Assembly (NCBI RefSeq): GCF_006345805.1
Contig: NW_021833976.1
Span: 1-64,000 of the forward strand
Reading direction: 5' to 3'
Source of the DNA: Octopus sinensis
Taxonomy: Eukaryota
Length of the DNA: 64,000 nucleotides
Shown here: piece by piece, positions 13,139 through 26,010 of the stretch
Numbering within the stretch: position 1 is the stretch's first letter
Layout of the letters: each line of letters starts with the position of its first letter
The notes under the pieces: model-generated
The model's input: only the letters and a program-made list of their open reading frames with translations
What the model was told of the DNA's origin: nothing
The model's database searches: none
Program-made: the position numbers and the translations under genes

Positions 13139-13537
13139 CTCTTTTACTCGTTTGCTTGTTTCCACATTTTCAGTCGTTTGACTGCGGCCATGCTGGAGCA
13201 CCGCCTTTAGTCGAGCAAATCGCACCGGGACTTATTCTTTGTAAGCCCAGTACTTATTCTATCGTCTCTTTTGCCGAACTGCTAAGTGACGGGGACGTAA
13301 ACACACCAGCATCGGTTGTCAAGCAATGCTAGAGGACAAACACAGACACATACACATATATATATACATATATACGACAGGCTTCTTTCAGTTTCCATCT
13401 ACCAAATCCACTCACAAGGCATTGGTCGGCCCGGGGCTATAGCAGAAGACACTTGCAAGATGCCACGCATGGGACTGAACCCGGAACCATGTGGTTGGTT
13501 AACAAGCTCCTTACCACACACAGCCACTCCTGCGCCT
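13139..13537 (-). mobile_element. SINE family A
   Basis: Reverse complement match, ends ACTCCTGCGCC. Confidence 0.9.
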
Positions 13538-13561
13538 ATGCATGCATATATTATATATATA

Positions 13562-13596
<35 letters not shown>

Positions 13597-13626
13597 CTAT
13601 GTATATATATATATATATAGTATATC

Positions 13627-13667
<41 letters not shown>

Positions 13668-13796
13668 ACATATATATATATATTACTATATATATACATA
13701 ATACATATATATATATATATTATATATATATATATATATTATAATATCAGTAAGACTAAGCATATATATATATATATCTATATATATATCTATGTA

Positions 13797-14112
13797 ATCA
13801 GTAAGACTAAGCACGTGTCTGTCTTGACACAGAGAGCTGGGGTTAGTCTTGCGGTTTGCATCACGAGGACCGAATGTACTGAAAGATGACGGACACTTGA
13901 ATTATGCAAGTAATTCTTTTGTTAAGACCCGAAACCGAGGTATGCATTTAAGTCTGTTTTTTATTTAATTTTTCATATGTACTGCCCGCCAAAGTTTGTT
14001 CTGGTGTTCGCTGAATTCTTCCTCTAGAGAATTTCCCTTGTCGTTTGATCGTGATGATCATTCTTCTAGCATTCTGGCCGGCTACCTAGCGGCCAGCCCT
14101 GCCAATATACAC
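13797..14112. repeat. Interspersed repeat family F (opposite orientation to the 30434 units)
   Basis: Matches the reverse complement of about 30535-30850; flanked by (TA)n. Confidence 0.85.
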
Positions 14113-14120
14113 ACACACAT

Positions 14121-14173
<53 letters not shown>

Positions 14174-15069
14174 CAATGTATTTGCTCACAAATGATAGCA
14201 GAATTCGGCTAAACTTCTAGTTGTGTTCCACTCAGTTCGCATTTCACACTGGGAATCTTATCTAAATATTTAACAGGAAATGTCCCGTACAGGTTATTGA
14301 CTCCAATATATATCTTATTCTAGACTTTTCATTAGAAATTATCGTAAATATTTTTACAATTAAACTGAGATGCTTCAAAAATTGGAAAATTATATGCATT
14401 CGACGCGTTATTGTAATCACAAATGTGATTTGAAATCCTTCATGAGTAAAATGTAGCATACGCAAAAATTGTCCTGTCACAGATACTGTCTAAACACGTG
14501 TTGATTAAAATCTATGATATAGAAAATAGATTTGTGTAACACGTGGAATTTTCTGTTTTTACAAGTGTGAATATTAAATCCACTAACGCACAAAATGATA
14601 ATTAATGAAACGTAAATTCGTATTAATTAACCACTAGAATTGAGATGTTTACATTCACAAAAGGCAATGCTCTTAACTACTAATCGCATGGTCGACATGG
14701 ATTTAAAGATGTATCATAAGAAAATACTTAATGCCATATATGTTGTGGTTATATCGTTTTTACACGTCATTTTATAAACGCTGACTTTTAACTGTTTCTA
14801 ACAGAACAGTTATCCCTACAACTTTGCAAATTCTTCATACATATAGGTGTGTCTATGTAGTTTGTATGCATCTATCTTTGTATCTATGTTTGTACGTATG
14901 TACCTATATATATATGTGTGCATGCCATATCATATTTCATGTATATTTGTGATACCATAAATATCTACGTATTTATGTATTTATGTATGTAATTATATAT
15001 GTATTTATGTATAAATACATACACGCATGTACGTATATATATATATATATATAAACGGGGGGGGGTGCA

Positions 15070-15195
15070 CCAGCCGAAATTTGCTATGATGATTCGGTGT
15101 CTGACTGAAGATTGAAGGCTTCGAACGATTTGTCTGTGTTCCGTGTTCGTCCCTTCCTGTATTTCACGTTCATTATATATAAAAACATTCATTCT

Positions 15196-15200
<5 letters not shown>
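15070..15200. repeat. Short (TA)n-abutting repeat family H
   Basis: Near-identical copy at about 43235-43362; related reverse copy near 33190-33295. Confidence 0.8.
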
Positions 15201-15272
<72 letters not shown>

Positions 15273-16262
15273 CACACATATATATCTACATCTCTATCTC
15301 TTTCTCTCTTTATGTATATATGTATATATATATATGAATGCGTGTAGCTGTGGTTTGAATTAATTGACTGGGAACGATGATGAAATATCATCGTGTATCT
15401 CAAGCCATCAAGCCATCTTTTGGATGTTTTGTGAAGCGGAATTCCATCAAGACAAATGACGATGATGAGGGTGAGGAGTAGTCAAGAAGGAGAATGGCAA
15501 TCGGGTGGAATAAGAAGAAGAAAACAAAGTAGAACGAGTAACTGGACAACGATTGCAGAGGAAGTGGAGGAGAGAGAAACGCGTAACAGTTGTTGAAGTA
15601 CAAAGTAAAATTGGCGAGGAGTAGGAGGAAAAACGGTATTGCTCCTCCGTTATATGAATTTTCATTATGGTTATATGCTCGCTAGTGTTTGGATAGTTAT
15701 GGGTTGCCGTGAGCTGCAAGCGAAATGCATTGCACAGCTCGTCAATGAAAATTGAAAATGGAATTGATGGGGCGTAAGTTCTTGCAGGCTACGGAACTAA
15801 TAAAGCTTGACAAGACATGCCACCATTACAAGCCGAATTCTTCAAATGGCTGTTTTCTCTGATGCTGTAGGTATTACTGCCATGTATATTGGCAAAGCAA
15901 AGTGAAAACGCAGGTGTTTGCTGCACATGGAAGCATTAAAACATTTCAGTAGCGTCTTCTTGAATATTATATATTTATAACGAGGCTGCACGAGTAACAA
16001 CTGCGCTAGCTGTATAACTAGACTGAAATGCTCTTACTTGTGTGTCTGTCTATGGGTTTCTCTCTGTATATAAACATATATTCGCTAGTATGTAAGAAAG
16101 GGGGAGAGTGTATGAGAGAGACAGAGAGAGAGGGAGAGAGAGAACGAAAGAGAGATATAGAGGGAGAGACGGTATGTGTTTATATGGAGGTACATGTTCT
16201 TATGAAAATATGTGTAAATCAACGAAAGAATGAATAGATATGTGAAATTCTGTAAATATATA

Positions 16263-16664
16263 GGCGCACGAGTGGCTGTGTGGTAAGTAGCTTGTTAACC
16301 AGCCACATGGTTCCGGGTTCAGTCCCACTGCGTGGCATCTTGGGCAAGTGACTTCTGCTATAGCCCCGGGCCGTCCAATGCCTTGTGAGTGGATTTGGTA
16401 GACGGAAACTGAAAGAAGCCTGTCGTATATATGTATATATAAGTGTGTGTGTATATGTTTGTGTGTCTGTGCTTGTCCCCGTAGCATTGCTTGACAACCG
16501 ATGCTGGTGTGTTTACGTCCCCGTCACTTAGCGGTTCGGCAAAAGAGACCAATAAAATAAGTACTGGGCTTACAAAGAATAAGTTCCGGGGTCGATTTGC
16601 TCAACTAAAGGCGGTGATCCAGCATGGCCGCAGTCAAATGACTGAAACAAGTTAAAGAGTAAAA
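16263..16664 (+). mobile_element. SINE family A, full length
   Basis: GGCGCACGAGTGGCTGTGTGG head through AAAGAGTAAAA tail. Confidence 0.9.
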
Positions 16665-16783
16665 TAGAGAGTATATGATTGCCTGTATGTCGCTGTCTAT
16701 GTATATATATATATATTTGAATATTTAAGAGAGAGAGAGTATTTGAAACAGACTGACAGTGTGTGTGTCAGTGTGTATAATCC

Positions 16784-17107
16784 GGCGCGTGGCTTAGTGG
16801 TTAGGGCATTCGACTGACTATTGTAAGGTCGTGAGTTCGATTCCCGGCGATGCGTTGTGTTCTTGAGCAAGACACTTTATTTCACGTTGCTCCAGTCCAC
16901 TCAGCTGGCAAAAATGAGTTGTACCTGTATTTCAAAGGGCCGGCCTTGTCACACTCTGTGTCACGCTGAATCTCCCTGAGAACTACGTTAAGGGTACTCG
17001 TGTCTGTGGATTGCTCAGTCACTTGCACGTTAATTCCACGAGCAAGCTGTTCCGTTGATCGTATCAGCTGGGACCCTCGTCGTCGTAACCGACGGAGTGC
17101 TCCTACT
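16784..17107 (+). mobile_element. SINE family D (tRNA head, CORE-like middle, tail shared with family C)
   Basis: A box TGGCTTAGTGG, B box GAGTTCGATTCCC, TGTGTTCTTGAGCAAGACACTT; 3' ~185 bp matches 49470-49650 and 52300-52480. Confidence 0.85.
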
Positions 17108-17323
17108 AATTCGGTACATCTAGATATGTAAATACGTCCGTACAAACGAATGCATGAGAGGATAATTATATCTCTGTAAATGTAAAAGTGTATATAAATA
17201 TGTTTTTTTGATTTTAAGTGCGTAAACGTTTTCGTGTATATTGAGCTGTTTGTGACTGTTGTGAAGTTTATCGATATTTATATGAAGTCAGTTTATTACA
17301 AAGTTGTGTGTGTTTATATTTGT

Positions 17324-20300
17324 ATCTTTACTACCCACAAGGGGCTAAACACAGAAGGACAAACAAGGACAGACAAACGGATTAAGTCGATTAGATCGAC
17401 CCCAGTGCGTAACTGGTACTTAATTTATCGACCCCGAAAGGATGAAAGGCAAAGTTGACCTCGGCGGAATTTGAACTCAGAACGTAACGGCAGACGCAAT
17501 ACCTATTTCTTTACTACCCACAAGGGGCTAAACACAGAGGGGACAACAAGGACAGACAAACGGATTAAGTCGATTAGATCGACCCCGTGCGTAACTGGTA
17601 CTTAATTTATCGACCCCGAAGGATGAAAGGCAAAGTTGACCTCGGCGGAATTTGAACTAAGAACGTAACGGCAGACGCAATACCATTTCTTTACTACCGC
17701 ACAAGGGGCTAAACACAGAGGGGACAAACAAGGACAGACAAAAGGATAAGTCGATTAGATCGACCCCAGTGCGTAACTGGTACTTAATTTATCGACCCCG
17801 AAAGGATGAAAGGCAAAGTTGACCTCGGCGGAATTTGACTCAGAACGTAACGGCAGACGCCATACCTATTTCTTTACTACCCACAAGGGGCTAAACACAG
17901 AGGGGACAAACAAGGACAGACAAACGGATTAAGTCGATTAGATCGACCCCAGTGCGTAACTGGTACTTAATTTATCGACCCCGAAAGGATGAAAGGCAAA
18001 GTTGACCTCGGCGGAATTTGAACTCAGAACGTAACGGCAGACGCAATACCTATTTCTTTACTACCCACAAGGGGCTAAACACAGAGGGGACAAACAAGGA
18101 CAGACAAACGGATTAAGTCGATTAGATCGACCCCAGTGCGTAACTGGTACTTAATTTATCGACCCCGAAAGGATGAAAGGCAAAGTTGACCTCGGCGGAA
18201 TTTGAACTCAGAACGTAACGGCAGACGCAATACCTATTTCTTTACTACCCACAAGGGGCTAAACACAGAGGGGACAAACAAGGACAGACAAACGGATTAA
18301 GTCGATTAGATCGACCCCAGTGCGTAACTGGTACTAATTTATCGACCCCGAAAGGATGAAAGGCAAAGTTGACCTCGGCGGAATTTGAACTCAGAACGTA
18401 ACGGCAGACGCAATACCTATTTCTTTACTACCCACAAGGGGCTAAACACAGAGGGGACACCAAGGACAGCACAACGGATTAAGTCGATTAGATCGACCCC
18501 AGTGCGTAACTGGTACTTAATTTATCGACCCCGAAAGAATGAAAGGCAAAGTCGACCTCGGCGGAATTTGAACTCAGAACGTAACGGCAGACGCAATACC
18601 TATTTCTTTACTACCCACAAGGGGCTAAACACAGAGGGGACAAACAAGGACAGACAAACGGATTAAGTCGATTAGATCGACCCCAGTGCGTAACTGGTAC
18701 TTAATTATCGACCCCGAAAGGATGAAAGGCAAGTGACCTCGCGGAATTTGAACTCAGAACGTAAGGCAGACGCAATACCTATTTCTTTACTACCCACAAG
18801 GGGCTAAACACAGAGGGGACAACAACAAGACAGACAAAGGATTAAGTCGATTAGATCGACCCCAGTGCGTAACTGGTACTTAATTATCGACCCCGAAAGG
18901 ATGAAAGGCAAAGTTGACCTCGGCGGAATTTGAACTCAGAACGTAACGGCAGACGCAATACCTATTTCTTTACTACCCACAGGGGCTAAACACAGAGGGG
19001 ACAAACAAGGACAGACAAACGGATTAAGTCGATTAGATCGACCCCAGTGCGTAACTGGTACTTAATTTATCGACCGAAAGAATGAAAGGCAAAGTTGACC
19101 TCGGCGGAATTTGAACTCAGAACGTAACGGCAGACGCAATACCTATTTCTTTACTACCCAAGGGGCTAAACACAGAGGGGACAAACAAGGACAGACAAAC
19201 GGATAAGTCGATTAGATCGACCCCAGTGCGTAAGGTACTTAATTTATCGACCCCGAAAGAATGAAAGGCAAAGTTGACCTCGGCGGAATTTGAACTCAGA
19301 ACGTAACGGCAGACGCAATACCTATTTCTTTACTACCCACAAGGGGCTAAACACAGAGGGGACAAACAAGGACAGACAAACGGATTAAGTCGATTAGATC
19401 GACCCCAGTGCGTAACTGGTACTTAATTTATCGACCCCGAAAGGATGAAAGGCAAAGTCGACCTTGGCGGAATTTGAACTCAGAACGTAACGGCAACGAA
19501 ATACGGCTACGCATTTCGCCCGGATGCTAACGATTCTCTGCATCTCGCCGCCGCCTCTGTGTTTTTATTTATTTGCTGTGACGTTGTATGTGTGAATACG
19601 TACGCTTCTGCATACCGATGCGATTCCAAGGATATGAAGAAGGTGTATGGGTGATGAGATTGTGAATGTTTAAATGTGCATGATCGGTGTGTTAGTGAAG
19701 TTGGTCGTGTGTCTGTGAAGGTGTATGTGTTTCTGCTGTATGATAATGTTACGGTTTACGTGTTTATGGTGTACACTGGCTTCAAATTTTGCCACAAGGG
19801 CAGAAATTTTTAGAAGGAGGGGATGATTCGATTACATCGACCTCAATGTGTAACTGGTACTTATTTTATCGACCACGGAAGTAGGAAACGTAAAGTCGAC
19901 AACGGCGGAATTTGAACTCAGACCGTAGCGACCGGCAAAATACCTATTTCTTTACTACCCACAAGGGGCTAAACACAGTGGGGACAAACAAGCACAGTCG
20001 AACGGATTAAGTCGATTATATCGACCCCAGTGCGTAACTGATACTTATTTAATCGACCCCGAAAGGATAAAAGGCAAAGTCGACCTCGGTGAATTTAAAC
20101 TCTGAAAGTAACGGCAGAACGAAATACCTATCTTTTCTTATTACCCAACCCAAAGGGCTAAACACAGAGGGGACAAACAAGGACACACATAGGTACTAAG
20201 TCGATTACATCGACCCGAAAAAAGGATGAAAGGCAAAGTCGACCTCGGTGGAATTTGAACTCACACGTAACACAGACGAAATACCTATTTCTTTATTACC

Positions 20301-22741
20301 CACAAGGGGCTAGACACAGAGGGGACAAACAAGGACAGACCATAAGTATTAAGTCGATTACATCGACCCCAGTGCGACCCTGTACTTAATTTAATCGACC
20401 CCGAAAGGATGAAAGGCAAAGTTGACCTCGGCGGAATTTGAACTCAGAACGTAACGGCAGACGCAATACTACTATTTCTTTACTACCCACAAGGGGCTAA
20501 ACACAGAGGGCAAACAAGGAAGACAAACGGATTAAGTCGATTGATCGACCCCAGTGCGTAACTGGTACTTAATTTATCGACCCCGAAAGGATGAAAGGCA
20601 AAGTTGACCCGGCGGATTTGAACTCAGAACGTAACGGCAGACGCAATACCTATTTCTTTACTACCCACAAGGGGCTAAACACAGAGGGGACACCAAGGAC
20701 AGACAACGGATTAAGTCGATTAGATCGACCCCAGTGCGTAACTGGTACTTAATTTAAGACCCCGAAAGAATGAAAGGCAAAGTCGACCTCGGCGGAATTT
20801 GAACTCAGAACGTAACGGCAAACGCGACCAATACCTATTTCTTTACTACCCACAAGGGGCTAAACCCAGAGGGGACAAACAAGGACAGACAACGGATTAA
20901 GTCGATTAGATCGACCCCATGCGTAACTGGTACTTAATTTATCGACCCCGAAGGATGAAAGGCAAAGTTGACCTCGGCGGAATTTGAACTCAGAACGTAA
21001 CGGCAGACGCAATACCTATTTCTTACTACCCACAAGGGGCTAAACACAGAGGGGACAAACAAGGACAGACAAACGGATTAGTCGATTAGATCGACCCCAG
21101 TGCGTTAACTGGTACTTAATTTATCGACCCCGAAAGATGAAGCAAAGTTGACCTCGGCGGAATTTGGAACTCAGAACGTAACGGCAGACGCAATACCTAT
21201 TTCTTTACTACCCACAAGGGGCTAAACACAGAGGGGACAAACAGGACAGACAACGGATTAAGTCGATTAGATCGACCCCAGTGCGTAACTGGTACTTAAT
21301 TTATCGACCCCGAAAGAATGAAAGGCAAAGTTGACCTCGGCGGAATTTGAACTCAGAACGTAACGGCAGACGCAATACCTATTTCTTTACTACCCACAAG
21401 GGGCTAAACACAGGGGACAAACAGGACGACACAACGGATTAAGTCGATTAGATCGACCCCAGTGCTCGTAACTGGTACTTAATTTATCGACCCCGAAAGA
21501 ATGAAAGGCAAAGTTGACCTCGGCGGAATTTGAACTCAGAACGTAACGGCAGACGCAATACCTATTTCTTTACTACCCACAAGGGGCTAAACACAGAGGG
21601 GACAAACAAGGACAGACAAACGGATTAAGTCGATTAGATCGACCCCAGTGCGTAACTGGTACTTAATTTATCGACCCCGAAAGGATGAAAGGCAAAGTCG
21701 ACCTTGGCGGAATTTGAACTCAGAACGTAACGGCAGACGAAATACGGCTACGCATTTCGCCCGGCATGCTAACGATTCTGCCATCTCGCCGCTCTGTGTT
21801 TTTATATTATTTGCTGTGACGTTGTATGTGTGAATACGTACGCTTCTGCATACCGATGCGATTCCAAGGATATGAAGAAGGTGTATGGGTGAGAGATTGT
21901 GAATGTTTAAATGGGCATGATCGGTGTGTTAGGTGAAGTTGGTCGTGTGGTCGTGAAGGTGGTTGTGTTTCTGCTGTATGATAATGTTACGGTTTACGTG
22001 TTTATGGTGTACACTGGCTTCAATTTTGCCACAAGGGCAGAAATTTTTAAGAAGGAGGGGATGATTCGATACATCGACCCAATGTGTACTGGTACTTATT
22101 TTATCGACCACGGAATAGGAAACGTAAAGTCGAACAACGGCGGAATTTGAACTCAGACGTAGCGACCGGCAAAATACCTATTTCTTTACTACCCACAAGG
22201 GGCTAAACACACAGTGGGGACAAACAAGCACAGTCGAACGGATTAAGTCGATTAGATCGACCCCAGTGCGTAACTGATACTTATTTAATCGACCCCGAAA
22301 GGATAAAAGGCAAAGTCGACCTCGGTGGAATTTAAACTCTGAAAGTAACGGCAGACGAAATACCTATTTCTTTATTACCCACAAGGGGCTAAACACAGAG
22401 GGGACAAACAAGGACACACATAGGTACTAAGTCGATTACATCGACCCCGAAAGGATGAAAGGCAAAGTCGACCTCGGTGGAATTTGAACTCACAACGTAA
22501 CACAGACGAAATACCTATTTCTTTATTACCCACAAGGGGCTAGAACAGAGGGGACAAACAAGGACAGACATAAGTATTAAGTCGATTACATCGACCCCAG
22601 TGCGTAACTGGTACTTAATTTATCGACCCCGAAGGATGAAAGGCAAAGTCGACCTCGGCGGAATTTGAACTCACAACGAACGCAGACGAAATACGGCTAC
22701 GCATTTCGCCCGGCTGCTAACGCTTCTGCCAGCTCGCCGCC
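17324..22741 (-). repeat. Tandem array of ~182-bp SINE-B bodies with heads at 19500-19553, 21740-21790 and 22690-22741
   Basis: CTACCCACAAGGGG recurs at 17331, 17514, 17694, 17877, 18061, 18245, 18428, 18611, 18790, 18973, 19154, 19333 and again from about 19955. Confidence 0.97.
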
Positions 22742-22768
22742 TTTTTTTTTTTTTTTTTTTCCAACTTA

Positions 22769-22998
22769 TACCTATTTCTTTATTACCACAAGGGGCTAAA
22801 CAGAGAGGGGACAAACAAGGACAGACATAGGTATTAAGTCGATTACATCGACCCCAGTGCGTAACTGGTACTTAATTATCGACCCGAAAGGATGAAGGGC
22901 AAGGTCGACCTCGGCGGAATCTGAACTCACAACGTAACGCAGACGAAATACCGCTAAGCATTCGCCCGGCGTGCTAACGTTTCTGCCAGCTCGCCGCC
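22769..22998 (-). mobile_element. SINE family B, full length
   Basis: Reverse complement of the B consensus, ends CTCGCCGCC. Confidence 0.9.
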
Positions 22999-23066
22999 TT
23001 ATTTGTAGTGGATAAATATGCTGATAAGGAATATATTTGTATATGTTGAACACTCAGACATTTTGC

Positions 23067-23111
<45 letters not shown>

Positions 23112-23172
23112 TAGATAGATATATACAATAATAAATCTCTGGGCGAGATATAAACAGTAACTGCCTCTATAA

Positions 23173-23259
23173 ACATAAGAGGTCAGCCATCTGAATGTGG
23201 CTAGGGTCAGGGGCCCACCACCCGCCCTGACCTACCCACATTAAGATGGCTGATCCTCT

Positions 23260-23264
<5 letters not shown>
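23173..23264. other. Imperfect ~40-bp-stem hairpin
   Basis: ACATAAGAGGTCAGCCATCT...GTCAGGG / CCCTGAC...AGATGGCTGATCCTCTTATGT with a 12-nt loop. Confidence 0.85.
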
Positions 23265-23299
<35 letters not shown>

Positions 23300-23326
23300 T
23301 ATACAAATGCATATATATTATATTAT

Positions 23327-23368
<42 letters not shown>

Positions 23369-24229
23369 ATATATATATACATACATACATATACAAACTT
23401 GTATATATATATTGTTGTATATATATATATATTATATATATATATATACGCAATAAAACGATTACCTACGTACCATTGTTTTCACTTGTCAATATCTTTG
23501 TACAGCGTAGTCTGTCGCTTACAAAACACACTTTCCAGAACGAGTTCCATTTGGCTCAACCGAAATGGAGCATGTATAAAGGTCTTCAAATGATATTTGA
23601 GCGTATTTTTTCAAGTGTCTTAATTTTTGCGCGCTGAGGCCGGAAATTACTCTACAGTTACTAAATTTCAGCAGCCAATTTACCGATTAGAGGATATTTT
23701 TTATTTAAAATTAAATAATAAGGGTAGAAATTGATGATAATCAATAAAAACCAGTGTCTTAGCAAATTTTAAAATCCTGAGATTTTTTTCTTGGGAACAC
23801 ATTCTTCGTGGTAATAGCGTTTGACGTCTATGTTTAGCATATAGGGTGTCCACTTTAGTGGTCATTTGTCTTAATTTTGTATGTACGTATTTTCATACAC
23901 ATTTATTTTTTCACTAAGATTCTATGTATTATCCTTGTGAAAAGAGGATAGGTTGCTTCAAAGAAAATAAATGACGCAGGCAAAACGTACAAGTATTTTT
24001 TCTATAATTTTTTCCGGGTTCTTTTCCTAAGATACCATTCATCTCTCAAACTAAATAAGTCATCTGAGTAAAAACGGATTTCCGTTCTGTCTTATTCTGG
24101 TCTCTACTTTTTTTACATCGCAGTTATTAAAAACTTCCCACCAACGGAACATTGACTGAACTTGTCCTATCTATATGTATATACGTCTGTATGTGCGTAT
24201 TTGTATGTGTGTATATGTATACAACTGTA

Positions 24230-24275
<46 letters not shown>

Positions 24276-24667
24276 ATGCATATCTATCTATATCTATATA
24301 TATATATACATACATACACATATATATATATATATATAATATATATATATATGTATGTATGTATATACACATAAGCACAGACACGCATTTATGTTTTTGA
24401 TTTTCTCTATATTCTGTATCATTGTGTACTAATATGCGTATGTATGTGTGTGTGCGTGTACGTGTGTGTATGTATGGTTTCATGTGTATATAAATATTAA
24501 ATGCATCAAATAAACATAATACTTACACACACATACACACGTGCATATATGTATTTGTGTGCATATATATATATATATGTGTGTAAGTGTATATATATTA
24601 TATATATATATATATAATACACATACACATACATACACGCACATATATATATATACACACATGTATG

Positions 24668-24701
<34 letters not shown>

Positions 24702-25378
24702 ATATTATATATGACGCGCATTAATACACACACACTGATTACTATATGAAGAAAATATGTTTGAGCCTCTGTACGTGTGTCTATATATTTATATGCATAT
24801 ACGCACATTGGAACATACACACGCATACACACTTATATGTGCATTTATATGCATATGTATCTTCATAGAAACATACTCATATATACATATTTGTGTGTGT
24901 TTGTGTGTGCCTTTGTCTTTGTGTGTTTATAATAAAAGTTCAAATACTTAGATATCTCCATCATTTCTTACACATGTTGTAATACCCGTCTATTTATCAG
25001 ATGTCTAGACGGGGTATTACAACCTGTCTACCAAATAAAAGATATTCTTTGCATTTGAACTTTTAATATTGTCTTTTAATCTTCTTGATTTGTATATTTG
25101 TTATTGATTTCTTCACAGAAGTGTGTTGTTATCTATTTTTTTTTAAATTGTGAATTCACGCACATATAATACACCCTTCATACTGGCACACACGCTATCG
25201 CACACATATACAATGAACATATATATATACATATGTATGTAAATAAATATGCATGTGTATGAATATATATACATACACACACAATTGTATATATATATAT
25301 GTTAGAAAAAGTCTACACTAACTAGTGGTTTTCAAGTTCCTGTATACAAAAATGAAATTGTATTTTCGTAATGTACTG

Positions 25379-25733
25379 TTTACTCTTGTATTTGTTTCAG
25401 TCATTTGACTGAGGCCATGCTGGAGCACAGCTTTTAGTCGAGCAAATGACCCCTTTGTAAGCCTAGTACTTATTCTATCGGTCTCTTTTGCCGAACTGCT
25501 AAGTTACGGGGACGTAAACAGACCAGTATCGGTTGTCAAGCGGTGTTGGTGGGACGAGCACAGACAAGCAAACAGAAGCACATACATACATATACACATA
25601 TATACGACGGGCTTCTTTCAGTTTCCGTCTACCAAATCCACTCAGAAGGCTATGGTCGGCACTTGCCTAAGGTTCCACGCAGTGGGATTGGACCCGAAAC
25701 CATGTGGTTCGTAAGCAAGCTACTTACAACAGC
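25379..25733 (-). mobile_element. SINE family A with internal deletions, head truncated
   Basis: Reverse complement match to family A; abuts a SINE-C head-to-head. Confidence 0.85.
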
Positions 25734-26010
25734 GGGCTCGCGGTCGGAAGATCGTGGTTTCGATTCCCAGACCGGGTGTTGTGTGTGTTTATTGAACGAA
25801 AACACCTAAAAGCTCCACGGTGCACTTGCAGGGTGATGGTGGTGACCCCTGTTGTACTCTTTCACCACAACTTTCTCTCACTCTCTCTCTCTCTTCCTCT
25901 TTCTTGAGTAACGCTGCAATGGACTGGCGTCCCGTGCTCTGAGCGGAACGCATAAGCCACAGAAACCGGGCAACCGGGCCCATGAGCCTTCCTAGGCTTG
26001 AAATGGGCGA
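25731..26010 (+). mobile_element. SINE family C, 5'-truncated, tail type 2
   Basis: GCGGGCTCGCGGTCGGAAGATCGTGGTTTCGATTCCCAGACCGGG; tail resembles the reverse complement of 45385-45470. Confidence 0.8.

Noticed and set aside
15095-15140. CTGA(A/T)GA...GAA in family H (also near 33235-33270 and 43265-43300) as a hammerhead
   Set aside because: Stem II loop would be 1 nt, A15.1 is missing, and stems I and III do not pair consistently across copies.
16784-16855. tRNA genes at SINE heads (also 35466, 49273, 52101)
   Set aside because: A and B boxes are present, but I could not pair an acceptor stem and each head runs into a multi-copy SINE body.
17324-22741. CRISPR-like regular array
   Set aside because: Units are contiguous near-identical SINE bodies with no unique spacers, there are no cas genes, and the context is eukaryotic.
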